Assembly: GCA_050944155.1 (NCBI GenBank) | Contig: JBMNQN010000012.1 | Coordinates: forward strand, 1 to 29,197 | Source of the DNA: Candidatus Methanomethylophilaceae archaeon | Lineage (GTDB): Archaea > Thermoplasmatota > Thermoplasmata > Methanomassiliicoccales > Methanomethylophilaceae | Length of the DNA: 29,197 nt | Reading direction: 5' to 3' | In this document: positions 16,610 through 26,355 of the stretch, piece after piece | Position numbering within the stretch: position 1 is the stretch's first letter | Layout of the letters: the number at the start of each line of letters is the position of its first letter | Program-made: the position numbers and the translations under genes | The notes under the pieces: generated by a model | Told to the model about the DNA's origin: nothing | The model's input: the letters and a program-made list of their open reading frames with translations, nothing else | Databases searched by the model: none

Positions 16610-17680
16610 TTGATCCGGGATTCGGAAGGCATAGAGGATTACGAGAACCTCATAAGAAAGAAAAGACTCATAATTCTGGCACTGTTGATTTTATCCTTTT
16701 TCCTGGTAGCCCTGTCTCTGACCATAGGGTCCACCCATATACCCGTTTCCGACATCATAAAAGGAATATTCGGAATCGGCGAAAAATCCACGCTGATAAA
16801 AATCTGGGAGCACAGGATGCCCAGAGTTCTGGGTGGTCTGGTTGCGGGTGCGGGACTTGCGGTGGCCGGCTGCGTGATGCAGAATAACCTCAAAAATCCC
16901 CTGGCTTCGCCCTCCACTATGGGAATATCGGCGGCGGCCGTGTTCGGAGCGAACTTCGCCATAATAGTTCTGGGAGCTGGAGTTTCCTCCAGCCACTACA
17001 CTGCGGATTTCGTGATAAAAAATCCCTACGCGGTTACCATCATGGCGTTCGTTATGGCGATTATCACAATGTCCGTGGTCGTCGTTCTTTCCAAAAAGAA
17101 AAACTTTGCTCCCGCCGCAACGGTGCTTGCGGGAGTGGCGATGGGCTCCATTTTCTCCGCCGGAACGATGATAGTCCAGTATTTTTCGACGGATACGTCG
17201 TTGGCGACGGCAGTCTTCTGGTCGTTCGGAGACCTGGGAAAGATTTCCTGGAAAGAACTTTCGGTTCTGACGGCGGTGGTGGCCGTATGTTCCGTTTTCT
17301 TTTATCTGATGAGATGGAACTATAACGCTCTGGCAAACGGAGACGAAGTGGCAAAAAGCCTCGGCGTGAGGGTGGACAAACTCGTAATGGCGGGTCTGGT
17401 TTTATCTTCCTTAATCACCGCTCTGTGCGTTTCATTCATGGGAGTGATAGGATTCATAGGTCTTGTGGGTCCGCAGATATCCCGCCGGCTCGTGGGAGAG
17501 GATCACAGATTCCTGATTCCCGCGTCGATGGCTATGGGTGCGGTAACACTGATGCTTTCCGACCTCGTCGCAAGGACGGTTATCGCTCCCGTCACGCTTC
17601 CCGTAGGAGCGGTAACGGCATTAATAGGGGGTCCGATGTTCCTCTATCTGCTCATGAGGGGTGAAAGTTCCAAATGCTGA
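16610..17680 (+). CDS. FecCD/BtuC-family ABC transporter permease
   Basis: RMPRVL, MQNNLKNPLASPSTMGISAAA, GDEVAKSLGV, GVIGFIGLVGP, LPVGAVTALIGGP. Start is TTG 16610 (GGAG upstream) or TTG 16598. Confidence 0.94.
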   Translation: MIRDSEGIEDYENLIRKKRLIILALLILSFFLVALSLTIGSTHIPVSDIIKGIFGIGEKSTLIKIWEHRMPRVLGGLVAGAGLAVAGCVMQNNLKNPLASPSTMGISAAAVFGANFAIIVLGAGVSSSHYTADFVIKNPYAVTIMAFVMAIITMSVVVVLSKKKNFAPAATVLAGVAMGSIFSAGTMIVQYFSTDTSLATAVFWSFGDLGKISWKELSVLTAVVAVCSVFFYLMRWNYNALANGDEVAKSLGVRVDKLVMAGLVLSSLITALCVSFMGVIGFIGLVGPQISRRLVGEDHRFLIPASMAMGAVTLMLSDLVARTVIAPVTLPVGAVTALIGGPMFLYLLMRGESSKC

Positions 17681-18432
17681 TGCTGGAAGTCGAAGGCGTA
17701 TCTTTCGGATACCCGTCCCTGGATGTTCTGGACGGCATCTCTTTTTCCGTGGAAGCGGGAGACTGCGTTGCGATACTGGGTATGAACGGCGTCGGAAAAT
17801 CCACTCTTCTCAAATGTATCAACAATGTGCTTCCCAAAAAATCCGGCAGAGTCTATCTTTCGGGGGAAGACACGGAAAAGATGTCCCCGACGGAATTGGC
17901 CAGGGGCGTCTGCTACGTTCCGCAAAATATGATGTATTCCGACGTCTCAGTTTTCGATGCGGTTCTTCTGGGAAGGAAACCGTATATCGTTTGGGATGCC
18001 ACGGCCAAAGACCGCGAAATGGTCGAAGAGGCTCTCAAAAGACTGTCCATAGACGGATATGCCATGAGAAACGTCCGCCAGCTCAGCGGAGGGGAAGCTC
18101 AGAAAGTTTCCATAGCCAGAGCCATCGTGCAGGAAACGGACGTAATGCTTTTCGACGAACCCACGAGCAATCTGGATCTCAAGAATCAGATGGAAGTTAT
18201 AAAAATAATCCGCAGGGAATCCAAGGAGAGAGGCGTGGCCGCAATCGTCACCATGCACGACATCAATCTGGCACTTAGGTTTGCGGACAAATTCATCCTG
18301 ATGAAGGACGGTAAAATATACGGCGTGGGAAACGCGGATTCGCTCACTCCGGAAACCATCGCCGAAATTTACGGCATCGACGTATATATCGGGGAGATAG
18401 GCGGGCAGAAAGTCGTCGTACCCCGCGGATAA
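17674..18432 (+). CDS. FepC/BtuD-family ABC transporter ATP-binding protein
   Basis: GMNGVGKST, LSGGEAQ, LFDEPTSNLD, MHDINLA. Confidence 0.95.
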   Translation: MLMLEVEGVSFGYPSLDVLDGISFSVEAGDCVAILGMNGVGKSTLLKCINNVLPKKSGRVYLSGEDTEKMSPTELARGVCYVPQNMMYSDVSVFDAVLLGRKPYIVWDATAKDREMVEEALKRLSIDGYAMRNVRQLSGGEAQKVSIARAIVQETDVMLFDEPTSNLDLKNQMEVIKIIRRESKERGVAAIVTMHDINLALRFADKFILMKDGKIYGVGNADSLTPETIAEIYGIDVYIGEIGGQKVVVPRG

Positions 18433-18498
18433 GCGGTTCCGTAGGTATTCATCCGAAAGGAAAATTACGCGTAATCGGAAAGTGCCAGACTTTCAGAT

Positions 18499-19332
18499 TT
18501 ATTCTTTTTCTCTTCTGTATTTTCTTTCCAACAGGATTCCGAAATACACTGCGTACACGGAAACCAAAAGAAGGACGAAGCTCAGAAACGCCGTTCCCAT
18601 GGCCGGAATGCTGTTGGGCGCGTGTTCGTCCACAACGGCTCCTCTTCCGTCGGATATCAGTTTTATGCATCCTAGCCAGGGTATTTCCACCATCGGAACC
18701 GATTTTATCTTTTCGTATGTTACGAGACCGGACAGATACGGCTGATCCACGCCGGAGTTGTTGTCTCCTTTTGTTATATATCCGACGGTACCCACCTCTT
18801 CGCTCGATATTATCGAATCCAGATTGATGGTGACGGTTTTCTTGTTGTATCCCATTTCGTTGAGAGTAAGCGTTCCTTTGAGACGTTCGGGATTGGAACT
18901 TCCGGTGCAGGTCCAAAGCGGATTTCCGTCCGCGTCCCGGTACTCGTCCAGGAAGTTCGCTTTCAGGTATTTGTTGACCCCGTCGGTGGTTATTTCCGCG
19001 AGAATTATCGCCCTGTGGATGACAGGATTCTGATTTCCGTCCCTGTGATATATTATCACGCTTCCGTAATCTCCGAATTTGGAAAATCCGGTGGTCCTTC
19101 CCTCGAGATAGGAAACTATCTGGGTCTTTGATTTGTTCTTTACCAGAACCATGTCTCCGGTATCGATTACGCCGATTTCGGATCTTTCGTCGTCGTGCTG
19201 CATGCTCTGCGAAGTCACCGTGGAAAAGGGAGGACTGTGCCCGGAATACAGCACGATTCCTCCGAATACGCCGACGAACAGAACCGCTATCACGGCTATT
19301 GCGACAATCGTGCTTTTGCTTTCCCGGTCCAC
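18499..19332 (-). CDS. Archaeal/ER-type signal peptidase I (S26B)
   Basis: N-terminal [10 protein letters not shown] (catalytic Ser), IDTGDMV, VIHRA (His), TKGDNN, IPWLG, C-terminal TM. Confidence 0.9.
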   Translation of the reverse strand: MDRESKSTIVAIAVIAVLFVGVFGGIVLYSGHSPPFSTVTSQSMQHDDERSEIGVIDTGDMVLVKNKSKTQIVSYLEGRTTGFSKFGDYGSVIIYHRDGNQNPVIHRAIILAEITTDGVNKYLKANFLDEYRDADGNPLWTCTGSSNPERLKGTLTLNEMGYNKKTVTINLDSIISSEEVGTVGYITKGDNNSGVDQPYLSGLVTYEKIKSVPMVEIPWLGCIKLISDGRGAVVDEHAPNSIPAMGTAFLSFVLLLVSVYAVYFGILLERKYRREKE

Positions 19333-19452
19333 GTCCGCGGATTAAATTTACCGGATATAGATTTAGTGTTTATCGGGTCTGACACATTCCGGAAAGCCGG
19401 TACGAGGTCGCTTGAATCGGAATTAAATACCGCAAAAATATATCCGCAACGG

Positions 19453-19899
19453 ATGACAAGACCCTCGAACGACGAATATTTCATGAATATGGCAGAACTT
19501 GCGTCCTCAAGATCCACATGTCTGAGACGTCACGTGGGGGCCATAATCGTCAAAGACAAAAGGGTCCTCTCCACCGGCTATAACGGATCTCCGAAAGGAA
19601 CCAGGCACTGTGAGGAGAAAGGATGCATACGGGTGCAGATGGACGTTCCTTCTGGTACCCGCCACGAACTGTGCAGAGGCGTACATGCGGAACAGAATGC
19701 CGTCATACAGGCCGCCTATTTCGGAGTGAGCCTGAACGGTTCCACGATTTACACCACGACCTTTCCGTGTTCGATGTGCGCCAAAATACTGATTAACGCG
19801 GGAGTCAGGGAAGTCGTGTTCAGGGAAGGATACCCCGACGACCTTTCCAAGGAACTCCTGGACGAAACCGGTCTGATCGTCAGAAAATTCCCCCTGTGA
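19453..19899 (+). CDS. dCMP deaminase / ComEB family
   Basis: From ATG 19453: [37 protein letters not shown] zinc motifs. Confidence 0.93.
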   Translation: MTRPSNDEYFMNMAELASSRSTCLRRHVGAIIVKDKRVLSTGYNGSPKGTRHCEEKGCIRVQMDVPSGTRHELCRGVHAEQNAVIQAAYFGVSLNGSTIYTTTFPCSMCAKILINAGVREVVFREGYPDDLSKELLDETGLIVRKFPL

Positions 19900-19905
19900 T
19901 TACGC

Positions 19906-19923
19906 TTTCCGGGAAACCGGAAA
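19906..19923 (+). terminator. Hairpin with GAAA tetraloop after the dCMP deaminase stop (putative terminator/stabiliser)
   Basis: TTTCCGG-GAAA-CCGGAAA, followed about 16 nt later by a T-rich tract (TTTCTTTTG). Confidence 0.5.
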
Positions 19924-19950
19924 CACTCTCGGAGGCATGTTTCTTTTGTC

Positions 19951-19983
19951 TCTATATTATAAATACACGGGAGTTAACGTTAA
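19951..19983 (+). promoter_or_regulatory. Probable promoter of the ATP synthase operon
   Basis: TATA-like TATATTATAAAT (about 19953-19964) and palindrome TTAACGTTAA upstream of the TTG start at 20029, which has GGAG upstream. Confidence 0.45.
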
Positions 19984-20028
19984 GTACCCTTTTCGTTATA
20001 ACAGCCTAAAACCGCCGGAGAAATTAAT

Positions 20029-20361
20029 TTGAGCCGAACCGAAATACTTACACAAATCAAGGAAACGGAGAAGGCTGCCGATGCGAAAGTCGAAAAGGCC
20101 CGCAACGACAGAAAAGAAGCCGTCTCCAAAGCCCGCAGAGATTCTGTAAAAAAAATACAGGATGCGGAGGCTCGGATACGCAGTTCCTCCGAATCCGCAA
20201 TCGCCGCGGAAAAGGAAGAGCTCGCAGCCGAACGCGAGAAACTCATGGCCGAGGGAATGTCCCGGGCGAAAGAACTCGAGGAGCACTCTGCGGCGAAGAT
20301 GAAAGAAGTCAAAGATTTTCTCAAAGAAGAATTCGAGAGGCCCCTAGATGTCGCTTCCTGA
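20029..20361 (+). CDS. atpH: A1Ao ATP synthase subunit H (G)
   Basis: 110-aa charged coiled coil (EILTQIKETEKAADAKVEKAR), first gene of the operon, overlaps atpI. Confidence 0.85.
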   Translation: MSRTEILTQIKETEKAADAKVEKARNDRKEAVSKARRDSVKKIQDAEARIRSSSESAIAAEKEELAAEREKLMAEGMSRAKELEEHSAAKMKEVKDFLKEEFERPLDVAS

Positions 20362-22438
20362 GTCGATGAGCAGAGTCGTAATTACGGGTACCAAAGCCCG
20401 GATGGATGAAGCAATAGCGGCGCTTTACGCCGTGGAAGCCGTCCATCTTATCGACTACACCGTCGACGCGGACGAAGGTTTTTCCATTGGAGCGCCCCGC
20501 GAGTATTCCTCCAAAGCATCCGAGAGGCTGCTTAAAGTAAAATTCATGGAGAAAGAGCTGGGCATCAAAAAGAAAACGAAGACCAAAGCAATTCCTCTGG
20601 AAGAAATAAGGGACCGCATTTCGTCCAACGGCGTCGAATCCGCCGAGAGAGAAATAGTATTAGCTCTCGACAGAAAGAACGATCTCGTTCAGAAAATCGC
20701 TTCACTCAACACTAAAAAGTCAGAACTGGAAATTCTCGAAATGCTGCCGGTGGATCTGGATCTGTATTCCGGCTACCACAGCATTACTTCGATGGTCGGA
20801 ACGGTGACCGAAGACCCCTCTCCGGTAACGTCGGCCGTGGATTCCCTGTTTTATGTGGCGGGGGGAAAGAAACAGCCCTCCGTCGTTGCCGCATTCGTCA
20901 GAAACTCGGACAAAGACAAGATGTATTCCATGCTTTCCGAGTACGGGTTCTCCGAAATACAGGTTCCCGACGGCGTAAGAGGAAAACCCTCCGAGGCCCT
21001 CGCTTCGACTGTTAAAGAAATCGCCGAAGCAGAAAGGGAACTGGAAGACGCCGAGAGCAACCTCAACGTACTCAAAGAAAAGTACAAAGCGTTCCTCAAG
21101 GCGGCGGACGAAGAGCTTTCGATAACCGTCGAACAGGGAGAGATTCCCCTCAGGATAGCCGTAAGCGAATATTCGTTCGTGATAGACGCGTGGGTGCCCA
21201 CCAAACAGGCTGCCTCGGTAAAAGGGAAACTGGAAAAAGAGATGGACGGAAAGATCCATGTTGAAATCCAGGAGAACCGGGGACGCAAGCTCAAAGAGGC
21301 CGAAGACGCCGAGGAGAGATTCAAAACCGCTCCGACGAAAATGAACAACGGCGCTTACGTCAAAGGGTACGAATACGCCACGAAACTCGTGGATGTTCCC
21401 AAGTACCAGGAAATCGACCCCACCGTTCTGATATCGCTCTTCCTGCCCATGTTCTTCGGATTCATGGTGGGAGACGTCGGATACGCCATACCTTTCATTA
21501 TACTCGGGGCCTACGGCCTCAAGGTCGCAAAGAACAAAGACTGGCGCGCAATCGCCCAGGTTCTCTTCTTCGGAGGAATATGGGCGTTCATATTCGGTCT
21601 TCTGTTCTACGGAGAGTGTCTCGGAATGCACTTCACGGGCACGTCTTCGGATACGGGAATAACGTGGGAGCACATCTTCGGAATGGCCCAGGGACAGCTG
21701 GACGCGTTTTCGGCGGTTCTGCCCAAATTCGTTGATGGCGAAGTAGTGCATGTGGGAGTGGGCAAACTCGTCGAGATCCCTCTCCTTCTGAAACTTTCGG
21801 TGTACATAGGAATCGTGCACCTGATGATCGGATACATCTGCGCATTCATCAACGCGAATATGCAGGCGGGATTCAAGTACGCGTTCCTTAACCAGGGAGG
21901 ATGGATACTGGCACTTATCGGTCTTGTTCTCTTCTCTTACGGTCTCGCAAACTCTCTCGTGGGAGGAAACATGATGGAAGATCTCAAAGGGCAGTATTGG
22001 ACCCCCTTCATTGCGGGTATCGTGATAATGCTCGTGGGAACGGTCATCAACGTCAAATCCCACCAGATAATGGGCATAATGGAACTTCCCGGCATGCTCG
22101 GAAACATACTTTCGTATACACGTTTGGCGGCCATCGGAATGTCCAAAGCGGGCATGGCGCTGGCTTTCAACTACATTGCGATGGTCATGATTTACGGCAG
22201 TATGGGCGGCGTACTGGGATTCGTTCTCGGATTCCTGGTATTCCTCATAGGCCATCTCATGATATTCTTCTTGGCCATTCTTTCGGCGGGTCTGCACAGC
22301 CTGAGGCTTCAGTTCGTCGAACTTATGGGCAAGTTCTATGAAGGAGGCGGAGAGGAGTACTCTCCGCTTAGAGTCATACGCAATAAAACCCTTTACAAAA
22401 CCCCCAAGACAGAAAACGCAACCAAAGCAGAGGTGTAA
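20348..22438 (+). CDS. atpI: A1Ao ATP synthase subunit I (a)
   Basis: PKYQEIDPT, FFGFMVGDVGY, LSYTRLAA (essential Arg), LHSLRLQFVE..KFYEGGG. Confidence 0.97.
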   Translation: MSLPESMSRVVITGTKARMDEAIAALYAVEAVHLIDYTVDADEGFSIGAPREYSSKASERLLKVKFMEKELGIKKKTKTKAIPLEEIRDRISSNGVESAEREIVLALDRKNDLVQKIASLNTKKSELEILEMLPVDLDLYSGYHSITSMVGTVTEDPSPVTSAVDSLFYVAGGKKQPSVVAAFVRNSDKDKMYSMLSEYGFSEIQVPDGVRGKPSEALASTVKEIAEAERELEDAESNLNVLKEKYKAFLKAADEELSITVEQGEIPLRIAVSEYSFVIDAWVPTKQAASVKGKLEKEMDGKIHVEIQENRGRKLKEAEDAEERFKTAPTKMNNGAYVKGYEYATKLVDVPKYQEIDPTVLISLFLPMFFGFMVGDVGYAIPFIILGAYGLKVAKNKDWRAIAQVLFFGGIWAFIFGLLFYGECLGMHFTGTSSDTGITWEHIFGMAQGQLDAFSAVLPKFVDGEVVHVGVGKLVEIPLLLKLSVYIGIVHLMIGYICAFINANMQAGFKYAFLNQGGWILALIGLVLFSYGLANSLVGGNMMEDLKGQYWTPFIAGIVIMLVGTVINVKSHQIMGIMELPGMLGNILSYTRLAAIGMSKAGMALAFNYIAMVMIYGSMGGVLGFVLGFLVFLIGHLMIFFLAILSAGLHSLRLQFVELMGKFYEGGGEEYSPLRVIRNKTLYKTPKTENATKAEV

Positions 22439-22440
22439 AA

Positions 22441-22674
22441 ATGGTATTGGAAGGAGACATAGGATCTGGATTGATCGCAATCGGAGCAGGACTTGCAGTA
22501 GGACTTGCCGGACTCGGTTCCGGTATGGCCGAAAAAGACATCGGTGCCGCAGCCGTCGGCGCCATCACGGAAGACGCCAGCCTTTTCGGTAAGGCCATGA
22601 TTTACATGGTTCTTCCTGAAACAATCGTCATCTTCGGACTGGTCATTGCTATCCTCGCTATCTTCGTGATGTAA
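22441..22674 (+). CDS. atpK: A1Ao ATP synthase subunit K (c, single-hairpin proteolipid)
   Basis: 77 aa, Gly-rich helix 1 and LPETIVIFG with the ion-binding Glu60; strong GAGGTG SD. Confidence 0.96.
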   Translation: MVLEGDIGSGLIAIGAGLAVGLAGLGSGMAEKDIGAAAVGAITEDASLFGKAMIYMVLPETIVIFGLVIAILAIFVM

Positions 22675-22691
22675 AGCCGGAGGCTCGGCTT
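22674..22691 (+). promoter_or_regulatory. Hairpin covering the atpE Shine-Dalgarno sequence
   Basis: AAGCCG-GAGGCT-CGGCTT fills the atpK-atpE spacer, with GGAGG at 22679-22683. Confidence 0.55.
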
Positions 22692-23249
22692 ATGGCATTT
22701 GACGACGTCATGAAGGAAATAATGGCGGACGCGGATGCGAAGGTCAGGTCCATACAGGACTCGGCCAGGGAAGAGATTGCGAAAATCGATTCCGACGCGG
22801 AAGCCAAAATTTCCGAAATGAAGGCAAACGAAGAGAAGAGGCTGAAAGGCGAAATCGAGCTTCTCCGCCGCCAGGAGATTTCCAGTGCGGAGCTGGAGAG
22901 CAAAAACATGGTGCTGGCTAAGAAGAAAGAGATTCTTTCCCGTGCGTTCGACGAGGCCCTTGCGGAAATGGAAGGCGCCCCCAAGAAAACCAAACTCAGC
23001 CGCTACAAGAAGCTCATCAGCGATTCCAAGAAGCTCATCGCCAAACCCGTTGCGGTAATCTCCGACAAAGACGGATTCACCGCCGAAGAACTCGGTGTGG
23101 AAGCCGTCGAAACCGACGGAAAGATACGCGCGGGGCTCATCCTCAGAAGCAAAGACGGTACGATGGAAGTGGATCTGCAGTACAGAACCCTTCTCGACGA
23201 TATCTGGAACCGGGAACTGAAGACCCTGTCGGATATACTGTTCGGGTGA
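22692..23249 (+). CDS. atpE: A1Ao ATP synthase subunit E
   Basis: N-terminal coiled coil, RRQEISSAELE, AGLILRSKDGTMEVD, C-terminal ILFG. Confidence 0.93.
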   Translation: MAFDDVMKEIMADADAKVRSIQDSAREEIAKIDSDAEAKISEMKANEEKRLKGEIELLRRQEISSAELESKNMVLAKKKEILSRAFDEALAEMEGAPKKTKLSRYKKLISDSKKLIAKPVAVISDKDGFTAEELGVEAVETDGKIRAGLILRSKDGTMEVDLQYRTLLDDIWNRELKTLSDILFG

Positions 23250-23253
23250 ATAC

Positions 23254-24312
23254 ATGTTCAGGCGCAACACGAGACGCGGAAATTACGCTTATACGGTGGC
23301 GAGAGTCAAAGCGAAGAAATCGCTTCTGATGAAGGAAGAGGACTACGAGAAAATGCTGATGATGTCCCTTCCGGAGATCTCCCGCTACATGAGCGAAAGC
23401 GGGTATCAGAAAGAGATGTCGGAGCTTGCAGGCAGGATGTCCGGCATAGACCTGGTCGAATACGCCGCGTATCTCAATCTTTCCAAGGTGTTCAAGAGCA
23501 TTCTGAAAGCGTCGGAAGGCGAATTGTACACGATGGTCTCGGCGTACCTGGACAAATGGAACATCTGGAACGTCAGACAGATTATCCGCGGCAAATCCTT
23601 CGGACTGGACGAAGCGTCCATAAGAGAAGATCTGGTGGCCGCCGGAAGTCTGAGCGAGGAGGATCTGGAGAAATTGCTTTCCCTTTCCACCGTGGAAGAG
23701 GTCGTCACCGAATACAGCAGAATGGATTCGGTGAACATACCTCAGGACGTCATCTCGTCCTATGCCTTGTCGGGAAGTCTGGCAATCATCGAAGACCATC
23801 TTTACAAATTCAGGTATTCCAGGCTGCTCGAGGCAATAGTGCCGAACAGCAGACCCACCCTTATGTTCCAGGACTACGTCAGACGCGAGATAGACACGGT
23901 TAACTTCAGTACGATTCTGAAGCTCAAAGCTGAGGGAATATACGGAGAGGCGGCGGTAGCCAACTACATAATTCCCGGCGGAAAACAGATCGACAGAAGA
24001 ACCGGCGTTCAGCTGGCAAACGCCGAAACGATTGCCGCCATGGCGTCCGAAGCGTCCCAGCTGGACTTCTACGAGAACATAAGGCATCACATGGAGTCGG
24101 AAAACGTTTCCATCAGATGCATAGAAAGCGCCATGAAAAAATACGGAATGGGACTCGCCAACAAATTCTCTCACATGAATCCCCTGTCCGTGGCGCCGGT
24201 GGTCGACTACATGATTCACAAGGAAACCGAAGTATTCAACATCCTTGCGATTGCAAGGGGGCTTCAGAGCGGAATCGATACGGACACCATCAAAGGACTT
24301 CTGGTGATCTGA
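23254..24312 (+). CDS. atpC: A1Ao ATP synthase subunit C
   Basis: YAYTVARVKAKKSLL, REIDTVN, PLSVAPVVDY..KETEVFNILAIARG. Confidence 0.95.
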   Translation: MFRRNTRRGNYAYTVARVKAKKSLLMKEEDYEKMLMMSLPEISRYMSESGYQKEMSELAGRMSGIDLVEYAAYLNLSKVFKSILKASEGELYTMVSAYLDKWNIWNVRQIIRGKSFGLDEASIREDLVAAGSLSEEDLEKLLSLSTVEEVVTEYSRMDSVNIPQDVISSYALSGSLAIIEDHLYKFRYSRLLEAIVPNSRPTLMFQDYVRREIDTVNFSTILKLKAEGIYGEAAVANYIIPGGKQIDRRTGVQLANAETIAAMASEASQLDFYENIRHHMESENVSIRCIESAMKKYGMGLANKFSHMNPLSVAPVVDYMIHKETEVFNILAIARGLQSGIDTDTIKGLLVI

Positions 24313-24617
24313 TGGAAATAGCCGTTCTGGGTAATGAAGAGTTCGTGCTGGGATTCCGCCTGGCGGGTATCAGGATGGTTTTCGTCGCGAACGAAATAAA
24401 CTACCAGGAAAAAATCCTGGAAGCAATGGAAGATCCCAACGTGGGTATCCTCGCGGTGGACGCGAAGGACCTTTCCTATCTGTCCCACAACGTCAGGGTC
24501 AGAGTGTTGGATTCCATTCAGCCGGTCATAGTGCCGGTGGGAGGCGACGAAAGCGACCTCCGCGAGAAAGTAAAGAGAGTAATTGGCGTTGATTTATACA
24601 AAGCAGAGGACGAATAA
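24312..24617 (+). CDS. atpF: A1Ao ATP synthase subunit F
   Basis: From ATG 24312 (TGATG overlap with atpC): MEIAVLGNEEFVLGFRLAGI...LREKVKRVIGVDL. Confidence 0.96.
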   Translation: MEIAVLGNEEFVLGFRLAGIRMVFVANEINYQEKILEAMEDPNVGILAVDAKDLSYLSHNVRVRVLDSIQPVIVPVGGDESDLREKVKRVIGVDLYKAEDE

Positions 24618-26351
24618 ATGGCCACTGAGAAAGGTGTAATTTATAGAGTTGCCGGACCGGTCGTGACCGCCGTCGGAATCTCCCCCAAGATGTACGACGT
24701 CGTACACGTGGGAAATGAACAGCTGATGGGCGAAGTCATCAAGATCGTGGGCGACAAGACAATCATCCAGGTTTACGAGGAGACGTCCGGCATCAAACCC
24801 GGCGAACCGGTTTCCAACACCGGACACCCTCTGGTTGTCGAACTGGGACCCGGGCTTCTGACCTCCGTTTACGACGGTATTCAGAGACCCCTGCCGGTCC
24901 TCAGGGAAATGATGGGAGACTTCATCTACCGCGGGGCAACCGCACCCGGATTGAGCAGAGATATCGAATGGGAATTCGTACCCGCCGTCGAGGTAGGGGA
25001 CGAAGTGACGGCGGGACAGACCATAGGTACCGTTCAGGAAGGACCCATGGTGCACAAGATTATGGTTCCACCCTCCATCGAGAAAGGTAAAATAGAGAAA
25101 ATCGAAGGCGGAAAGTTCAACGTCGACCACGTTGTGGCAAAGATTTCCGGTCAGGACGTTACCATGGTCCAGAAATGGCCCGTACGTAACCCCCGTCCGG
25201 TCAGCGACAAGTACCAGCCCGACATCCCCCTCATAACGGGACTCAGGGTCCTCGATACGATGTTCCCCCTCGCGAAAGGAGGAGCCGCCGCCATTCCCGG
25301 AGCTTTCGGAACCGGAAAAACGGTTACCCAGCAGTCTCTGGCCAAATACTCCGATGCCGAAATAGTCGTTTATATCGGATGCGGCGAACGCGGAAACGAG
25401 ATGACCGAAGTTCTTACCGAATTCCCCGAACTGGTGGACCCCAGAACCGGAGAATCCCTCATGAAGAGGACCGTCCTCATAGCCAACACTTCCAACATGC
25501 CCGTGGCGGCGAGGGAAGCTTCCGTGTACACCGGAATGACCATCGCCGAATACTTCAGAGACATGGGATACAACGTGGCGCTCATGGCAGACTCCACCTC
25601 CAGATGGGCGGAAGCCATGCGTGAAATTTCATCCAGGCTCGAAGAGATGCCCGGAGAGGAAGGATATCCCGCATATCTTGCCGGACGTCTTTCCGAGTTC
25701 TACGAGCGTGCCTGCCGTGCCAAAACCCTCGGCGGGGAAGACGGATCCGTTACGGTCATCGGTGCGGTTTCGCCTCCCGGAGGAGACCTTTCCGAGCCGG
25801 TTACGCAGAACACCCTCCGTATCGTCCGTGTCTTCTGGGCACTGGACACCAAACTGAGGGAGAGAAGACACTTCCCCACGATCAACTGGCTCACTTCGTA
25901 CACTATGTACGGAAAGACCCTCGAATCCTGGTTCGAAGAGAACGTTTCCCACGAGTTCGTCGAGCTCAGGTCCTGGGCGATGCAGGTTCTCCAGAAAGAA
26001 TCCGAACTCCAGGAAGTCGTTCAGATGGTCGGTTCCGACTCTCTGCCCGAAGAGCAGAAAGTCACCCTGGAAATAGCCAGAATGATACGCGAAATATTCC
26101 TGCAGCAGAATGCGTACCACAGCGTCGACTGCTACTGTCCTCTGAAGAGGCAGGCCGAAATGCTGAAGCTCATCAAGAAATATTCGGATCTTTCCGATAA
26201 AGCGCTGACCGCAGGCATTTCCGCGGACAAAGTGGCCCACCTGCCCGTAAGGCAGAGATTCAACCAGGCCAAGTACGAAGAGAACATCGACGAAGAACTG
26301 AAAGCGGTCTCGACCGACATGGACAAACAGTTCGCCGAACTGGGAGCGTGA
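24618..26351 (+). CDS. atpA: A1Ao ATP synthase subunit A (catalytic)
   Basis: GAFGTGKT P-loop, [41 protein letters not shown]. Confidence 0.99.
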   Translation: MATEKGVIYRVAGPVVTAVGISPKMYDVVHVGNEQLMGEVIKIVGDKTIIQVYEETSGIKPGEPVSNTGHPLVVELGPGLLTSVYDGIQRPLPVLREMMGDFIYRGATAPGLSRDIEWEFVPAVEVGDEVTAGQTIGTVQEGPMVHKIMVPPSIEKGKIEKIEGGKFNVDHVVAKISGQDVTMVQKWPVRNPRPVSDKYQPDIPLITGLRVLDTMFPLAKGGAAAIPGAFGTGKTVTQQSLAKYSDAEIVVYIGCGERGNEMTEVLTEFPELVDPRTGESLMKRTVLIANTSNMPVAAREASVYTGMTIAEYFRDMGYNVALMADSTSRWAEAMREISSRLEEMPGEEGYPAYLAGRLSEFYERACRAKTLGGEDGSVTVIGAVSPPGGDLSEPVTQNTLRIVRVFWALDTKLRERRHFPTINWLTSYTMYGKTLESWFEENVSHEFVELRSWAMQVLQKESELQEVVQMVGSDSLPEEQKVTLEIARMIREIFLQQNAYHSVDCYCPLKRQAEMLKLIKKYSDLSDKALTAGISADKVAHLPVRQRFNQAKYEENIDEELKAVSTDMDKQFAELGA

Positions 26352-26355
26352 TCAT

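Noticed and set aside
24618-26351. Intein in ATP synthase subunit A (a known insertion site in some Thermoplasmata)
   Set aside because: The length is a normal 577 aa and [11 protein letters not shown] is uninterrupted.
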